This document shows positions 28,986-39,532 of a DNA stretch of 64,000 bases, one piece after another. The stretch comes from Minisyncoccia bacterium. GTDB lineage: Bacteria > Patescibacteriota > Minisyncoccia > 2-02-FULL-40-12 > IGHO2-01-FULL-4-A. The first letter of the stretch is position 1. Each line of letters begins with the position of its first letter. The stretch lies in assembly GCA_050015375.1 (NCBI GenBank), contig JBEKBN010000003.1:16127-80126 (forward strand), given 5' to 3'. A program made the position numbers and the translations under genes. Below the pieces are notes generated by a model that saw only the letters and a program-made list of their open reading frames with translations, was not told the DNA's origin and did not search any database.

Positions 28986-29983
28986 AAGTTTGTTTGTATC
29001 TTGAATTTCTTTATTTTTGGGACGGATTTTTATACAAAAAGATCGGCACCGGACTTTTGTCATCCTATAAAAATCAGAAGATCATGCTCGAGAGGATGGG
29101 TATTGAATATGTTGAAAAATGGGATGACTCTTGCGACATCCTGCAGATAAATACTCCCTGGCCGAAATCGCTTTGGCTGATGAAAAGAGCCAGGAGAAAA
29201 GGTAAGAAAATAATCGTCTGGTCGCATGTTACAGCCGAGGACACTCAAGGCGTGTTCAAGATAACCAAATATATTTTCGGACTGATAAAATGGTATCTCA
29301 AACACGCCTACGATTCAGCCGATTTGATATTGGCGCCAAGCGAATACACCAAATCGCTTTTGGTCGCCTACGGCATCAGCCCTGATAAAATTGTCGCCCA
29401 GTCGAACGGCGTTGACCTGAAAAAATATTATCCCGACCGCGAGCGTGGTCTGAAAACACGGGAACAATTCGGTTTGAACAAGACGGTCGTCGGCACTGTC
29501 GGCTTGGTCATTCCCAGGAAGGGGATAGATATTTTCATTGAGCTGGCGAAAAAATTTCCTGATTGCCAATTCATTTGGTTCGGGAAAATTTACAGCACAG
29601 CGCTGGTGAGATCATTGCCCAAAGAAATTCCCGCCAATTGCCGATTTACCGGTTATGTTGACGATATTCTGGGTGCGTTCAATGCTATTGATATTTTCAT
29701 ATTTCCATCGGTCGAGGAGAATCAGGGAATGGTCATTCTGGAAGCGGCGGCCGTCGGTTTGCCGATCTTGGTGCGGGATATTCCCGTTTATCGGGGCTGG
29801 CTGGAGCACGAGAAAAATTGCCTTAAGGCCAATAACGACGGCGATTTCCAAAACGAATTGGCTCGTCTTATCGCCGGCAAAGAGTTTCGCCAACAGCTGG
29901 TAAATGGCGAAAAAGATCTGGTTTACCAAAACGACATTGACCGGTTAGGCGAAAAAATGATGATATTGTACCAAAACTTTTAG
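28982..29983 (+). CDS. GT4 glycosyltransferase, diglucosyl-diacylglycerol synthase-like
   Basis: MKVCLYLE, SHVTAED, EENQGMVILEA, RDIPVY. Confidence 0.8.
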   Translation: MKVCLYLEFLYFWDGFLYKKIGTGLLSSYKNQKIMLERMGIEYVEKWDDSCDILQINTPWPKSLWLMKRARRKGKKIIVWSHVTAEDTQGVFKITKYIFGLIKWYLKHAYDSADLILAPSEYTKSLLVAYGISPDKIVAQSNGVDLKKYYPDRERGLKTREQFGLNKTVVGTVGLVIPRKGIDIFIELAKKFPDCQFIWFGKIYSTALVRSLPKEIPANCRFTGYVDDILGAFNAIDIFIFPSVEENQGMVILEAAAVGLPILVRDIPVYRGWLEHEKNCLKANNDGDFQNELARLIAGKEFRQQLVNGEKDLVYQNDIDRLGEKMMILYQNF

Positions 29984-30645
29984 CCCTCTTCGCGGGAGAG
30001 TTTGAAGTCGCGGGAGAAAAAGTAAATCGCAAGAGAATAAATGCTATAAGCCATGAACGGAGCGGCGAAGACATCGATCGAATAATGGATGCGGGCGATG
30101 AGCATACTGGCGCCGAAAAACACAGTGGCCAAAAGATAAAGATAACGCCATATCTTTTCCGGCCAAAATATCAGCGCCATCAGGAAGGGAACGCCGGTAT
30201 GGGCCGAAAAGAAATAGTCGTTGCTGGTATTGTAAAGAATATTGTAAAGCCAATAGCCCCAGTCATTGTGATTTAAAACCAACTGATTGGGATATGCGCC
30301 CAAGTGGGTCAAACTTATCAGAACCGCCCGGATAACCAGAAAAAGGGCGTATGATTTTAGAACAAAACTAAGATACTTCGGTTTGTATAAACAAAGAAAG
30401 ACAGTCAGGAAGGTTATGAACAGCGTGCTTTGGATGATCAAACTATCAATATCCAGTATCGGCAAACGACTCAATAGGATATCGCCGGCAGGAGCTGCGG
30501 GGACATGGCTGACATAGCGGTCGGCGAAGCCCTGGATGACCAAGGCAATAGCTAAAAGGCAAACGCCAACCAACAACGACCCGGCATTCTTCCAGGTCCA
30601 GAACTTCTTGTGATATTCGTGAACTTTTCTGACTGATCTGTGCAT
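29980..30645 (-). CDS. PAP2/sphingomyelin-synthase-like membrane phosphotransferase
   Basis: DYFFSAHT and HYSIDV motifs. Confidence 0.8.
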   Translation of the reverse strand: MHRSVRKVHEYHKKFWTWKNAGSLLVGVCLLAIALVIQGFADRYVSHVPAAPAGDILLSRLPILDIDSLIIQSTLFITFLTVFLCLYKPKYLSFVLKSYALFLVIRAVLISLTHLGAYPNQLVLNHNDWGYWLYNILYNTSNDYFFSAHTGVPFLMALIFWPEKIWRYLYLLATVFFGASMLIARIHYSIDVFAAPFMAYSIYSLAIYFFSRDFKLSREEG

Positions 30646-30691
30646 AAGCGATCTTATTATGGTATCTTAATTGTAAAAAAGAATAAATATA

Positions 30692-31450
30692 ATGTCAAAA
30701 TACTACACTCCCAACAAACAACGGAATCTCTATAACCCCGCCTCGGCCGTGCCCTTTCGATTAAGTCGGAGCCGGATAGACAAATTTCTCAATTGTCCGA
30801 GATGTTTTTATATTGACCGGCGCCTGGGCGTTGATTGGCCTCCCGGCTATCCTTTCAGTTTGAACTCGGCCGTGGATGCGCTTTTGAAAAAGGAATTCGA
30901 CATCCACCGCGCCAAAGGCACGGCCCACCCGTTGATGAAAAAATACGGCATTGACGCGGTGCCATACGATCACGAGAAGATCGAGGAGTGGCGGGATTCG
31001 TTGAAAAGAGGAATAACTTATCATTTCGGTAAAACGAATCTGATGATCACCGGAGGAGTGGATGATGTTTGGGTCAACCCGAAAGGGGAATTGCACATCG
31101 TTGATTACAAAGCCACTTCCAAAAAAGATGAAGTTAATCTGGATGCCGAGTGGCAGATCGGTTATAAGCGGCAGATGGAAATTTACCAGTGGCTTTTTCG
31201 GAAGAACGGTTTCAATGTCTCCAAAATCGGTTATTTCGTCTATTGCAACGGCAATAGCGACAAAGAGGCCTTCGACGGCAAACTGGAATTCGATATCAAA
31301 GTTATTCCCTATGAAGGCGATGATTCCTGGGTTGAGAAAACCCTACAAGACATCCACAAATGCCTTAACAGCGACAAACTGCCGGCTTCCGGCCCTGATT
31401 GTGACTATTGCAAATACCGCTCGGCGGTGAGAAAACTTGGCGTGGAGTAG
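30692..31450 (+). CDS. PD-(D/E)XK nuclease (PDDEXK_1, Fe-S-type cysteines)
   Basis: CPRC, GGVDD, IVDYKAT, QMEIY, CDYC. Confidence 0.85.
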   Translation: MSKYYTPNKQRNLYNPASAVPFRLSRSRIDKFLNCPRCFYIDRRLGVDWPPGYPFSLNSAVDALLKKEFDIHRAKGTAHPLMKKYGIDAVPYDHEKIEEWRDSLKRGITYHFGKTNLMITGGVDDVWVNPKGELHIVDYKATSKKDEVNLDAEWQIGYKRQMEIYQWLFRKNGFNVSKIGYFVYCNGNSDKEAFDGKLEFDIKVIPYEGDDSWVEKTLQDIHKCLNSDKLPASGPDCDYCKYRSAVRKLGVE

Positions 31451-31453
31451 ATT

Positions 31454-32188
31454 TTAGATTTCGATTTCGGCGGAAATCTTATCAATGAAAGAAAAGAAAT
31501 GTTCCGAACGCATGTCGCGGGGACGAGTTAAATTTATCTCGTGGATTTGTTTGACACTGGAAGGGCGTTTCGAGACAACCACCACTCGGTCCGACATTTG
31601 AAGGGCTTCTTCGATGAGATGGGTGACCATAACGATAGTCATGCCGTATTTTTCCCAGATGTTCAGAAGATCGGTCCGTAATTTTTGGGCGGTGAAAGTG
31701 TCCAAACTGGAGAACGGCTCGTCCATCAAAAGTAATTCCGGACTGACGGCTAGAGCCCGGGCTAAACCGACGCGTTGGCGCATGCCGCCGGAAAGTTCCT
31801 TGGGCAACTTCTTTTCAAAACCGGCCAGGCCAACTTCGGCGACTTTTTCGTCAACGATCATTCGCCGTTGTTTTGTCGGCATACCGGCCATTTTCAATCC
31901 AAACTCGATATTCTCCGAAACCGTCAGCCACGGAAAAATAGCGAAGTTCTGGAAAACCATCGCCATCTTTTTCACGTTTATTTCCAATCTGCCATGAGTC
32001 GGTTTCAATAATCCGGAAATGATCCGGAGCAAAGTTGATTTTCCGCAACCGGACGGACCGACGATTGATAAGAATTCACCCTTGCCGACATCGAACGAAA
32101 TATTTTTAAGGATTTCAAAATCCTTGCGATTTTCCTCTTTGACGCGATACGACAGATCCTCGATTTTTAGAACCGTTTCATTCGGCAT
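31454..32188 (-). CDS. NitT/TauT-family ABC transporter ATP-binding protein
   Basis: GPSGCGKS, LSGGMRQR, MDEPF. Confidence 0.92.
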   Translation of the reverse strand: MPNETVLKIEDLSYRVKEENRKDFEILKNISFDVGKGEFLSIVGPSGCGKSTLLRIISGLLKPTHGRLEINVKKMAMVFQNFAIFPWLTVSENIEFGLKMAGMPTKQRRMIVDEKVAEVGLAGFEKKLPKELSGGMRQRVGLARALAVSPELLLMDEPFSSLDTFTAQKLRTDLLNIWEKYGMTIVMVTHLIEEALQMSDRVVVVSKRPSSVKQIHEINLTRPRDMRSEHFFSFIDKISAEIEI

Positions 32189-32915
32189 AATTTTGAGATT
32201 TTTTAAGCAAAGGCATCCAAATCAACTTGTTTATTGAAAACACGAGCAGGAGCAAGGCCACTACTCCAAAGATAAGGGTTCCTTTATTTACGCCGGCGGC
32301 GGAATTGAGGAAGGCGCCGATGCCATTGGAAAGACCGATTATCTCGATGCCGATGATCGCTTCCCAACCGATACTGATGCCGACGATCGAACCGGTGATT
32401 ATCGCCGGGAAACTCAAGGGAATGAGGTAATTAAAAACCCGTTTGGCGCCGACAGCTCCGAAAACCGTGGCCGCTTCGTTTAGATCGCTTTTGGCCGTTC
32501 GGAAAGCGCTTAAGATGCTGAACAATATCGGCCAAAGAATGGATGAGGTGGCAAATAGTATCGCCATCTGATTTGTGTAACCGAACGCAAGCACGAAAAT
32601 AGGAATGAGCGCGAACGAAGGCAAGTTTTGGAGAAGATCAAAAACCGGCACGAAGAAATCGCCGACTTTGCCATGGCCCAGAAGCACCGCCAAAATTATG
32701 GCGGCAACCAGTGAGATAATGTAAGCGACAAGCAGGCGGTACAGCGACAGACCCAAACCGATGGCCAAAGCCGCGGAAGAAACTTGGCTGACCCGGCCGA
32801 TCAGCAAAATAAAAACTATCGGCAAAATAATAACGCCAAAGGCGATCAAAACATGAGCTCGTTTTTTGTAGACCCTGAATCCGTGCGATGAATGAACCAC
32901 GGTACTATTATACAA
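32178..32915 (-). CDS. NitT/TauT-family ABC transporter permease
   Basis: EAA motif (LNEAATVFGA), multi-TM. Confidence 0.88.
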   Translation of the reverse strand: MYNSTVVHSSHGFRVYKKRAHVLIAFGVIILPIVFILLIGRVSQVSSAALAIGLGLSLYRLLVAYIISLVAAIILAVLLGHGKVGDFFVPVFDLLQNLPSFALIPIFVLAFGYTNQMAILFATSSILWPILFSILSAFRTAKSDLNEAATVFGAVGAKRVFNYLIPLSFPAIITGSIVGISIGWEAIIGIEIIGLSNGIGAFLNSAAGVNKGTLIFGVVALLLLVFSINKLIWMPLLKKSQNYAE

Positions 32916-32970
32916 TTATCCGAAATCACAAACAATTGTCTTTTTGCGATTCGCAATCTATAATTAAAAA

Positions 32971-33513
32971 ATGCTTCCGCCCGGACACATCGCCGCCGGC
33001 TATCTGGCGGCCTATGCTTTGATAAAAATCACCAAGCCGGTTCTCACCACTGGTCAGATCGATCAGCTTTTGTGGTTTGGGGCGCTGATGGGGTTTGTTC
33101 CCGATTTGGATACTTTTTTTAGTTTCACGCGAGTCGGCTCTTTTACTTTTAACGCCGACAAAACTGATCATAGGAAATATTTTACCCATGCGCCGATCTT
33201 TTGGCTGGTTGTCGGTTTGTCGATCTTTTTCACAGCGCCATCTTTGTTCATAAAATACGTCGGACTTATTATTTGGCTCGGACCGTGGTCGCATTTTTTT
33301 TGGGATTCACTACAATACGGTATCCCGTGGCTTTGGCCTTTCAAAAAAGATATTTACGCTTTCAGGGACAAAGAAATGAATTATGAAGGGCCGCCGGAAC
33401 CGTTTTTCAAATACTGGTTCTCGTTTTTAAAATTATATATCACTAAAGCCAAAATGACGTTTTACACCGAGATAATCTTGATCGTCTTGGCGCTAATTTC
33501 TCTGGTGAAATAG
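32971..33513 (+). CDS. Membrane metal-dependent hydrolase (YdjM-like)
   Basis: GH, PDLD, HRKYFTH, SHFFWD. Confidence 0.8.
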   Translation: MLPPGHIAAGYLAAYALIKITKPVLTTGQIDQLLWFGALMGFVPDLDTFFSFTRVGSFTFNADKTDHRKYFTHAPIFWLVVGLSIFFTAPSLFIKYVGLIIWLGPWSHFFWDSLQYGIPWLWPFKKDIYAFRDKEMNYEGPPEPFFKYWFSFLKLYITKAKMTFYTEIILIVLALISLVK

Positions 33514-33522
33514 AAAAACCCC

Positions 33523-33933
33523 ATGGTCATCAAAAAAATATCCGTTTTCGGCAATCCGGACCTGAAATCGGATTCTTTACCCCTTGGAATTTTGCCGCGA
33601 CTCCAGAAAAAATTTCCGGAAATCGAATTTTTGGTTGAAGATCCGAATGAGTTGAATTTACCGGCGTCCGATACATGGATAATTGTTGACACCGTGGCCG
33701 GCATAAAACAAGTTCAACTGCTCGCCCCCGAAAATATCAAATCCTTCGCGAAAAGCCGGGTCTCAATGCATGATTTTGATTTGAAAACCCATCTGTTCTG
33801 GATAAAAAAAATAAAGAAGAATTTAAAAATAAAGATCATCGGTATTCCGCCGATGATCTCGGAAAAGCTAGCGCTCAAAGAAGCGTCCAATATCATTGCC
33901 ACTTTATTTCCAGAAAATGGGCGGCGCAACTGA
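33523..33933 (+). CDS. Hydrogenase maturation protease-like protein
   Basis: VFGNPDLKSD, IIVDT, SMHD; converges on the hydrogenase genes. Confidence 0.6.
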   Translation: MVIKKISVFGNPDLKSDSLPLGILPRLQKKFPEIEFLVEDPNELNLPASDTWIIVDTVAGIKQVQLLAPENIKSFAKSRVSMHDFDLKTHLFWIKKIKKNLKIKIIGIPPMISEKLALKEASNIIATLFPENGRRN

Positions 33934-35212
33934 TGCAGGGATCATAAGCTCGGATCAATTTCTCGATCTCATGCTGGATCTCGCCTTTTAACTCGCCGAA
34001 GTTTTTAACGGAGGTGGCTTTTAGGTTTTCATTAATCATTGATTCAACCAGCCGGGCGATATCCTCCTCGATGTTCAACTGATTTTGGCCCGTCGGGACG
34101 ATGATGGCGCCATCTTTGACGATACCGTCCGCGCCGACGACGACTTTGTGGTAGAGCGTGCCCCGCGGCGCTTCAATGACACCAACGCCGATACCGGCGG
34201 CGATCGGTTTAGTCACGATTGGTTCATTGACAAATTTATTTGTTCTTAAAATATCTAAAGCGTCGTCAATGGAATGCAGGATCTCGATCGCTTGAGCGAG
34301 ATTATTCAAATAAATATCGGTTGATGGGAAAAGATCAAGCAACGCGCCGAGAGTTTCTTTTGTTTTCGGATTCAACAGATCCTTCGCCAGATTCATGCGG
34401 GCCAACGCGCCGACCATATAAGAATCGCCTTCGTGTTTGTAGGCCGAGGCCTGGGAGTAGGGAAGAACAACGCGCTCAAGATAGGACGCGTAGTTTTCTT
34501 CACTGATCTCTTCGCCGTCGCTGTTCTTAATAACACCATTCAAAAAGCCATACCTTTCCGGAACCAGAGCCATGAAGCCCGTCTTGCGGTCGAAATGCCA
34601 GGGGGCATTTTTGAAAATATCGATCAGCCGCAAAACCGCCGGCCGGATCTCCTCCAATTTTTTGATGGCACCGTCAATTCCGGCTTGATCCGGAAAATGA
34701 GTGAAACCACCAATGGTCGGATAGGGCGCGTGAACCGAACGACCGGCGATCAGCATTGAGAGAAAATTACCGGCGGCTTTGATGTCAAAAGCGTCGTGAA
34801 GGATCTGATGTTCGGTTTCGATATTTTCGTCAAAATCAAGGAACGAATCTTTGTTATAGAGGTCGGGCATCACGAACAAATATAGATGCAAAGCGTGATC
34901 GCGGATCATCAAACCGTACATGGTCAGCGTCCTCAACAAAACCGTCTGGGATGACGGCGTGATGCCCAGCGCTTTCTCGCAGGCCTCAATGGAGACCATG
35001 ATGTGGGCGTTCGAACAGGTGCCACAAATCCGCGATAACAACTGAGGCAGGGCGGCAATGGGTTTGCCTTTCATGGCTTCGGTGTAGAACCTTTTATATT
35101 CGCTGATGATGAATTCAACTTTCTCGACTTTGCCGTCGTTGATTTTCACGTTCAAAGACGCCTCGCCCTCGATCTTGGTCAACGATTCGATTGTGATGTC
35201 GGTTGTGTGCAT
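33893..35212 (-). CDS. NiFe hydrogenase large subunit (group 3b-like)
   Basis: KIEGEA, SRICGTC, EAPRGTLYH, YDPCISCAAH. Confidence 0.93.
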   Translation of the reverse strand: MHTTDITIESLTKIEGEASLNVKINDGKVEKVEFIISEYKRFYTEAMKGKPIAALPQLLSRICGTCSNAHIMVSIEACEKALGITPSSQTVLLRTLTMYGLMIRDHALHLYLFVMPDLYNKDSFLDFDENIETEHQILHDAFDIKAAGNFLSMLIAGRSVHAPYPTIGGFTHFPDQAGIDGAIKKLEEIRPAVLRLIDIFKNAPWHFDRKTGFMALVPERYGFLNGVIKNSDGEEISEENYASYLERVVLPYSQASAYKHEGDSYMVGALARMNLAKDLLNPKTKETLGALLDLFPSTDIYLNNLAQAIEILHSIDDALDILRTNKFVNEPIVTKPIAAGIGVGVIEAPRGTLYHKVVVGADGIVKDGAIIVPTGQNQLNIEEDIARLVESMINENLKATSVKNFGELKGEIQHEIEKLIRAYDPCISCAAHFLEIKWQ

Positions 35213-35692
35213 TTATTTTCTTAATTCGGTTATCAACGCGGTGGCTTTATTAACAAAATCCTCCGGGTCCATTGGACATCCCGGAACTTCGGCATCAACT
35301 TTGACAATGTCCGAGACCTTCAGAACTTTCGGCAGTGCGGCGAATTGATCCAAAAACGGCTGGATGCTTTGTTTTTGTTCGACGTTGAAAAAATTCCTTT
35401 GGCCTGACGGCATTCCGACTACGGCGCAGGCGCCGACGGCGACAAGTTTTTTCGATAGGTCGCGGATCTGTTTAAGTTTGTCGATTTGTTTTTGGGAGGC
35501 GATAGAACCTTCAATGAAAGCGATGTCGAACGGTTCCATTGTATTTTTGGTTTTCAAGGCCCGGAAATTCTTAAATTCCAAAATTTTGCTCCATTCTAAC
35601 CAATGGTCGTTCAAAAGCTCAGTCATCACGATCGTGTTGTCTTCGCAGCAGGAAAATGTGAACCAAGCGCATTTTAGTTTTTGGTCGGCCAT
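35213..35692 (-). CDS. NiFe hydrogenase small subunit, proximal-cluster domain only
   Basis: SCCED, FIEGS, VGACA, VPGCP; ends at 159 aa. Confidence 0.85.
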   Translation of the reverse strand: MADQKLKCAWFTFSCCEDNTIVMTELLNDHWLEWSKILEFKNFRALKTKNTMEPFDIAFIEGSIASQKQIDKLKQIRDLSKKLVAVGACAVVGMPSGQRNFFNVEQKQSIQPFLDQFAALPKVLKVSDIVKVDAEVPGCPMDPEDFVNKATALITELRK

Positions 35693-35700
35693 AATTTTGT

Positions 35701-35875
35701 TTGACGGATGATACCTCCTATCACCACTTGAATCCCCAGCGAGGATTCTACGTTCTCTCGAAGTTTGTGGATTCTGGCGAGAGAAAAAATGATTATTGAA
35801 ATATTATATCATTTTTTCTCTCGCCAGACCGTGCAATCCACAACTTCGAGAGTGCTAGGAAGTATCATCCGTCAA
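35701..35875 (-). ncRNA. Structured repeat element copy A
   Basis: Nested stems with motifs AGCAC, GCACGGT, ATAAT, GAACG, TCGCTGG, AGTGGTGA on the - strand. Confidence 0.7.
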
Positions 35876-36669
35876 GCCCTATCGTTATTTGCAAATCTAG
35901 TACTCATTCTAGTATATTTTTCCAAATATTTCACTTGACGATTTGTTAATATCTCGCAGGGCTGGTCCCAGTGGATCGAAATCATGTCTCCTGGCTTCAC
36001 CTCTTCCATAAAATCGTCATGCAATTTCCGGTGAATGATTTTGTCATATTCTGACCCGAAAGTAAAACCGGCAGGTTCAGAAAAAACCAGTGACTGAGTT
36101 TTTACGGTTAGCGCCGGCCCGTCAATTTTGATGATTTTTCCCCAGCTAACTCGGCAATGGTCGACATCGTCATAAGTTTTCAGTTCCATGAAATCCTGTT
36201 TTTTCTTCCAAATGTTATAAACATGAAAAGTGTGGTGCATTCTTGCCCCCACACCAAACAAGGATTGTTTGAACCCTGCGCTTGAAGCGCTTATCCTTGT
36301 TTGGTGTGGGGGTGAACCCCCTAGTTTATCTCTTAATATTTTAAATTCCTTTGGGCTTAATTTTTTATCAACTTGTGTCTCGATCAAGTGTTCATAAAAA
36401 TTTTTTTTGCCGATATTTTCCAGAAGTTCATTGCCCAGCCAGTATGCCTCAACAACTTTGTCGTCAAAGGGGTCTTTGATCTTATTGGCTTCGGCGATCT
36501 TTTGTAAATACGGATACATGGTTTTGAATTGTTTTAATAATAAAACCAATCCCTTGTCGGGACTTTGTTCGGTGATGTAACTCAAAACTTCTTTATTCGC
36601 TTCCGGCCCGCAAAGATGCAACCGGTTGGGTCCGAAAGCATAGCGGACGCAGCGCTGGAGGCCGTCCAT
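35872..36669 (-). CDS. DUF6390-like hydrogenase-linked protein (palindromic insert 36242-36318)
   Basis: RYAFGPNRLHLCGP, VEAYWLGN, CRVSWG, ISIHW. Confidence 0.75.
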   Translation of the reverse strand: MDGLQRCVRYAFGPNRLHLCGPEANKEVLSYITEQSPDKGLVLLLKQFKTMYPYLQKIAEANKIKDPFDDKVVEAYWLGNELLENIGKKNFYEHLIETQVDKKLSPKEFKILRDKLGGSPPHQTRISASSAGFKQSLFGVGARMHHTFHVYNIWKKKQDFMELKTYDDVDHCRVSWGKIIKIDGPALTVKTQSLVFSEPAGFTFGSEYDKIIHRKLHDDFMEEVKPGDMISIHWDQPCEILTNRQVKYLEKYTRMSTRFANNDRA

Positions 36670-37965
36670 TTATGTTTTTGGTAAAAGGGTTTTTAAATCA
36701 AAATTGGGATTAGCCAAATCCGGTTCCAAGCCGATGACTTTGGTGTCTTTTTCAATCAATTTTGATATAGTGGTCAATTCGTCCATGCCATTGATGGCCG
36801 TGGCGCCCACAAGTTCGCCGTACTGGATCAAGAGGCGAACATGGCTTTTTTCGATCGGCTCATCTCGTTCGACAATGATCCGATCGGGCTTAATCCCAAC
36901 GTCACCGACAAAAGCGATATTAATACCAAAGCCGGAAGTATTGTAGGAAGAGACGAGTTTGAATGGAATTTTCTTGCCGGCCATGTTCAAACCGGCGGTT
37001 TTGCCCTGGACTTGGGCATTGACCCAATTGCCCAACTGAACTTTTTCTTCCAAAATCACGTCGCTGTATTCGCTGGAGTCACCGGCCGTCCAGACATCAG
37101 GCAGATTGGTTTCCAAATATTCATTGGCCAGAATTCCGCGATTGACCTCAAGTCCGGAATTTTTCAGCCAGTCCATCTGGCAGAAGTTGCCGATGCCGAT
37201 AATGATCAGATCGCAGGGGATAGTCGTGCCATCCTTTAATTTTACATTTTCAACTTTTTCTGTGCCAAGCACCTCGTCCACTTCCGAATTGAGCATAACC
37301 TTCGCTCCACCTTTATCGATCGCTTCCGTAACCATCCGGCCCGAAATCGGGTCTAATATCGGATCCCAGAAATGCGGTTCGCGGATGATCATCGTAACCG
37401 GCAAGCCAAACGTCCTCAAAATATCGCACATTTCAAAACCAATGAAACCTCCGCCGACAATGACGGCGCTCTTGGTTGTTTTCAAACCTTCTTTTATTTC
37501 TTTGTAATCATCAATCGTCCGCAAAGAAAAAACACCGGCCTTGTCGGCGCCTTTGACTGGCCATTTCCGGGGTGTGCTACCCAAAGCCAAAAGCAGTTTT
37601 TCATACTGGATCTGCTGACTTGCCCCGTTAAAAATCTGATTCGCTTGCGAATCAGTGGCTTCATTTCTAATGGGGCCGTCATTGAGCGTGATGGTTTTGG
37701 TTTTCGGATCAAGCGCGGTCGCAACCTTGCCGCCTAAAAAAACGATGCCTTGTTGCTGATACCATTCCGGCGTTTTCAAAAATGCTTTTTCGGAACCGAT
37801 CTTATCTAAAAAATAATTCGGTTTGGAAAGCATGACCTTGGAATATAAAACATAATTTTCGTCATTGACGATGGCGATGCTTCCGGCCGGGTCAGTGGTC
37901 TTGATGCTTTCCGCGGCAGAAGTGCCGGCCACCCCACCCCCGATGATTAAATATTTGAAGTTCAT
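36670..37965 (-). CDS. FAD-dependent pyridine nucleotide-disulfide oxidoreductase (insert 37619-37677)
   Basis: GGGVAG, GGGFIGFE, WTAGD. Confidence 0.9.
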   Translation of the reverse strand: MNFKYLIIGGGVAGTSAAESIKTTDPAGSIAIVNDENYVLYSKVMLSKPNYFLDKIGSEKAFLKTPEWYQQQGIVFLGGKVATALDPKTKTITLNDGPIRNEATDSQANQIFNGASQQIQYEKLLLALGSTPRKWPVKGADKAGVFSLRTIDDYKEIKEGLKTTKSAVIVGGGFIGFEMCDILRTFGLPVTMIIREPHFWDPILDPISGRMVTEAIDKGGAKVMLNSEVDEVLGTEKVENVKLKDGTTIPCDLIIIGIGNFCQMDWLKNSGLEVNRGILANEYLETNLPDVWTAGDSSEYSDVILEEKVQLGNWVNAQVQGKTAGLNMAGKKIPFKLVSSYNTSGFGINIAFVGDVGIKPDRIIVERDEPIEKSHVRLLIQYGELVGATAINGMDELTTISKLIEKDTKVIGLEPDLANPNFDLKTLLPKT

Positions 37966-38213
37966 GGAAATATTTGTTTTCCCGTCTTGTCGAAAAGAAT
38001 TATCGCCTGAGTCGGACAGGATTGAGCGGCCATTGTGATAAGCTGGTCGTCAGTCAGGTCGGGATTGATGACAATTACTTTGTGCTCGTCATCCAATTTG
38101 AACATTTCCGGATCAACCGAAACGCACGACGCCACGCCAATGCACAAGTCGCGGTCTATTACTATTTTCCCGATATTCGACCCTTCTTTGTTCCTGACGT
38201 ATTCTATTCGCAT
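37962..38213 (-). CDS. Ferredoxin
   Basis: CIGVASC...CPTQAI. Confidence 0.88.
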   Translation of the reverse strand: MRIEYVRNKEGSNIGKIVIDRDLCIGVASCVSVDPEMFKLDDEHKVIVINPDLTDDQLITMAAQSCPTQAIILFDKTGKQIFP

Positions 38214-38264
38214 ATATTTTAATTATATAATAATTTTAAAAAAATTTAATGTAAAATTGATCTT

Positions 38265-38813
38265 TTACCAATAAAAAGTCTGCATAACTAATTCAATTTC
38301 TGAATATTTTTTCAATTTATTTACCCATTCCTGCTCCGTCCCAACAGGTACTTCTACACCCACGGTTAATACGGCCTTGATATCCAGTGACATATTACCG
38401 ATTTCCGATACGGCTGTTTCTATAGCTTGCAAAGGCATAGTTGGATTTAATTCACATTCAATCCAAAAAGCAGATGATATTTTGCATTTGCTAACTATAT
38501 TTTTAGTTGATAATTGTTTGATATAATAATTTAAATTCGGTGGCGAGCTGTTAGGAGCATCATCGCTTAATATTTTAAATATGCGGCTATTATAAATTTC
38601 AGATGTAGGTTTGAGGTTATTTTTTGATAAAAATGAAACCATATCATTAATACTAAGGGTTTTTTTGAATTGTATTGTTAATTCTCCATCAACAAGTTTG
38701 TGAACGTTACTGAAATTAGACATTCGCAGTCTCAAAAATATTATGATTCCCACAATGACAACCAGCGAGATAATTATTATAAATATAGGTATTTTTCGTT
38801 TAAAGATAGCCAT
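38265..38813 (-). CDS. Membrane-anchored hypothetical protein
   Basis: N-terminal TM; AT-rich ORF. Confidence 0.65.
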   Translation of the reverse strand: MAIFKRKIPIFIIIISLVVIVGIIIFLRLRMSNFSNVHKLVDGELTIQFKKTLSINDMVSFLSKNNLKPTSEIYNSRIFKILSDDAPNSSPPNLNYYIKQLSTKNIVSKCKISSAFWIECELNPTMPLQAIETAVSEIGNMSLDIKAVLTVGVEVPVGTEQEWVNKLKKYSEIELVMQTFYW

Positions 38814-38872
38814 TATTTAATTATAAAGCATTTGTTATACTTTTAAAACAACGGCCTGGTCCGGGTTTTTGA

Positions 38873-39526
38873 TTATTTAGAATATTTCTCTGAATAAAAT
38901 CGAATTAGTTCCTCGACTTCTGGGAGACAGGTGGGATTGCCGATGCCGACTTTGGTTCGTTTTTGGACGTCTTCAAGAGTCCGCGCGCCCTCGATGACCG
39001 CCGTTTCGATATCAGCTTCGGTGACTTTGGTTTGGGAGTCGATGACTTTTCCGCCGTCAACGATTATCCGGTCGTATTGGCCGGTTTTTTTAAACCAATC
39101 ATTGACCGCGCCTCTCAACGCCTTGTCGCCAAGGACCGAACAATGTATTTTTCTGTCAGGCAAACCGCCGAGACGCTTGGTTATATCTTGGGCTTTAATG
39201 GCCATGGCCTTATCCAATTTCATTCCGCCTTTTTCGGTGGCCATGACTGATAGCATCGAAGTCGCCGCGATTGCCGAAGCACAACCGAAGGTTCGCCATT
39301 TGAATTTCTTTATCCTTTCGGTTTTGGGGTCGATTTTCAGCCAAATTCTCATGACATCACCGCAAGCCGGCGAACCGATGATACCTTCGGCGTCAAAACC
39401 GGTGGTCTTAGAATCATCAGACAAAAAATTCCGCGGTTTGAAAAAATGTTTGCGGACATTTTTCGAGTAAACCCAGCTTTTGCCGAGGAATTGGTTGATT
39501 ATGTCGGGTTTCTTCACTGAACTCAT
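38873..39526 (-). CDS. NifU/IscU Fe-S scaffold with C-terminal BFD-like domain
   Basis: GSPACGD, FGCASAIA, KIHCS. Confidence 0.9.
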   Translation of the reverse strand: MSSVKKPDIINQFLGKSWVYSKNVRKHFFKPRNFLSDDSKTTGFDAEGIIGSPACGDVMRIWLKIDPKTERIKKFKWRTFGCASAIAATSMLSVMATEKGGMKLDKAMAIKAQDITKRLGGLPDRKIHCSVLGDKALRGAVNDWFKKTGQYDRIIVDGGKVIDSQTKVTEADIETAVIEGARTLEDVQKRTKVGIGNPTCLPEVEELIRFYSEKYSK

Positions 39527-39532
39527 GGTAAT

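Noticed and set aside
30692-31450. Cas4 / CRISPR locus
   Set aside because: Stand-alone PD-(D/E)XK nuclease with no cas1/cas2 or array nearby.
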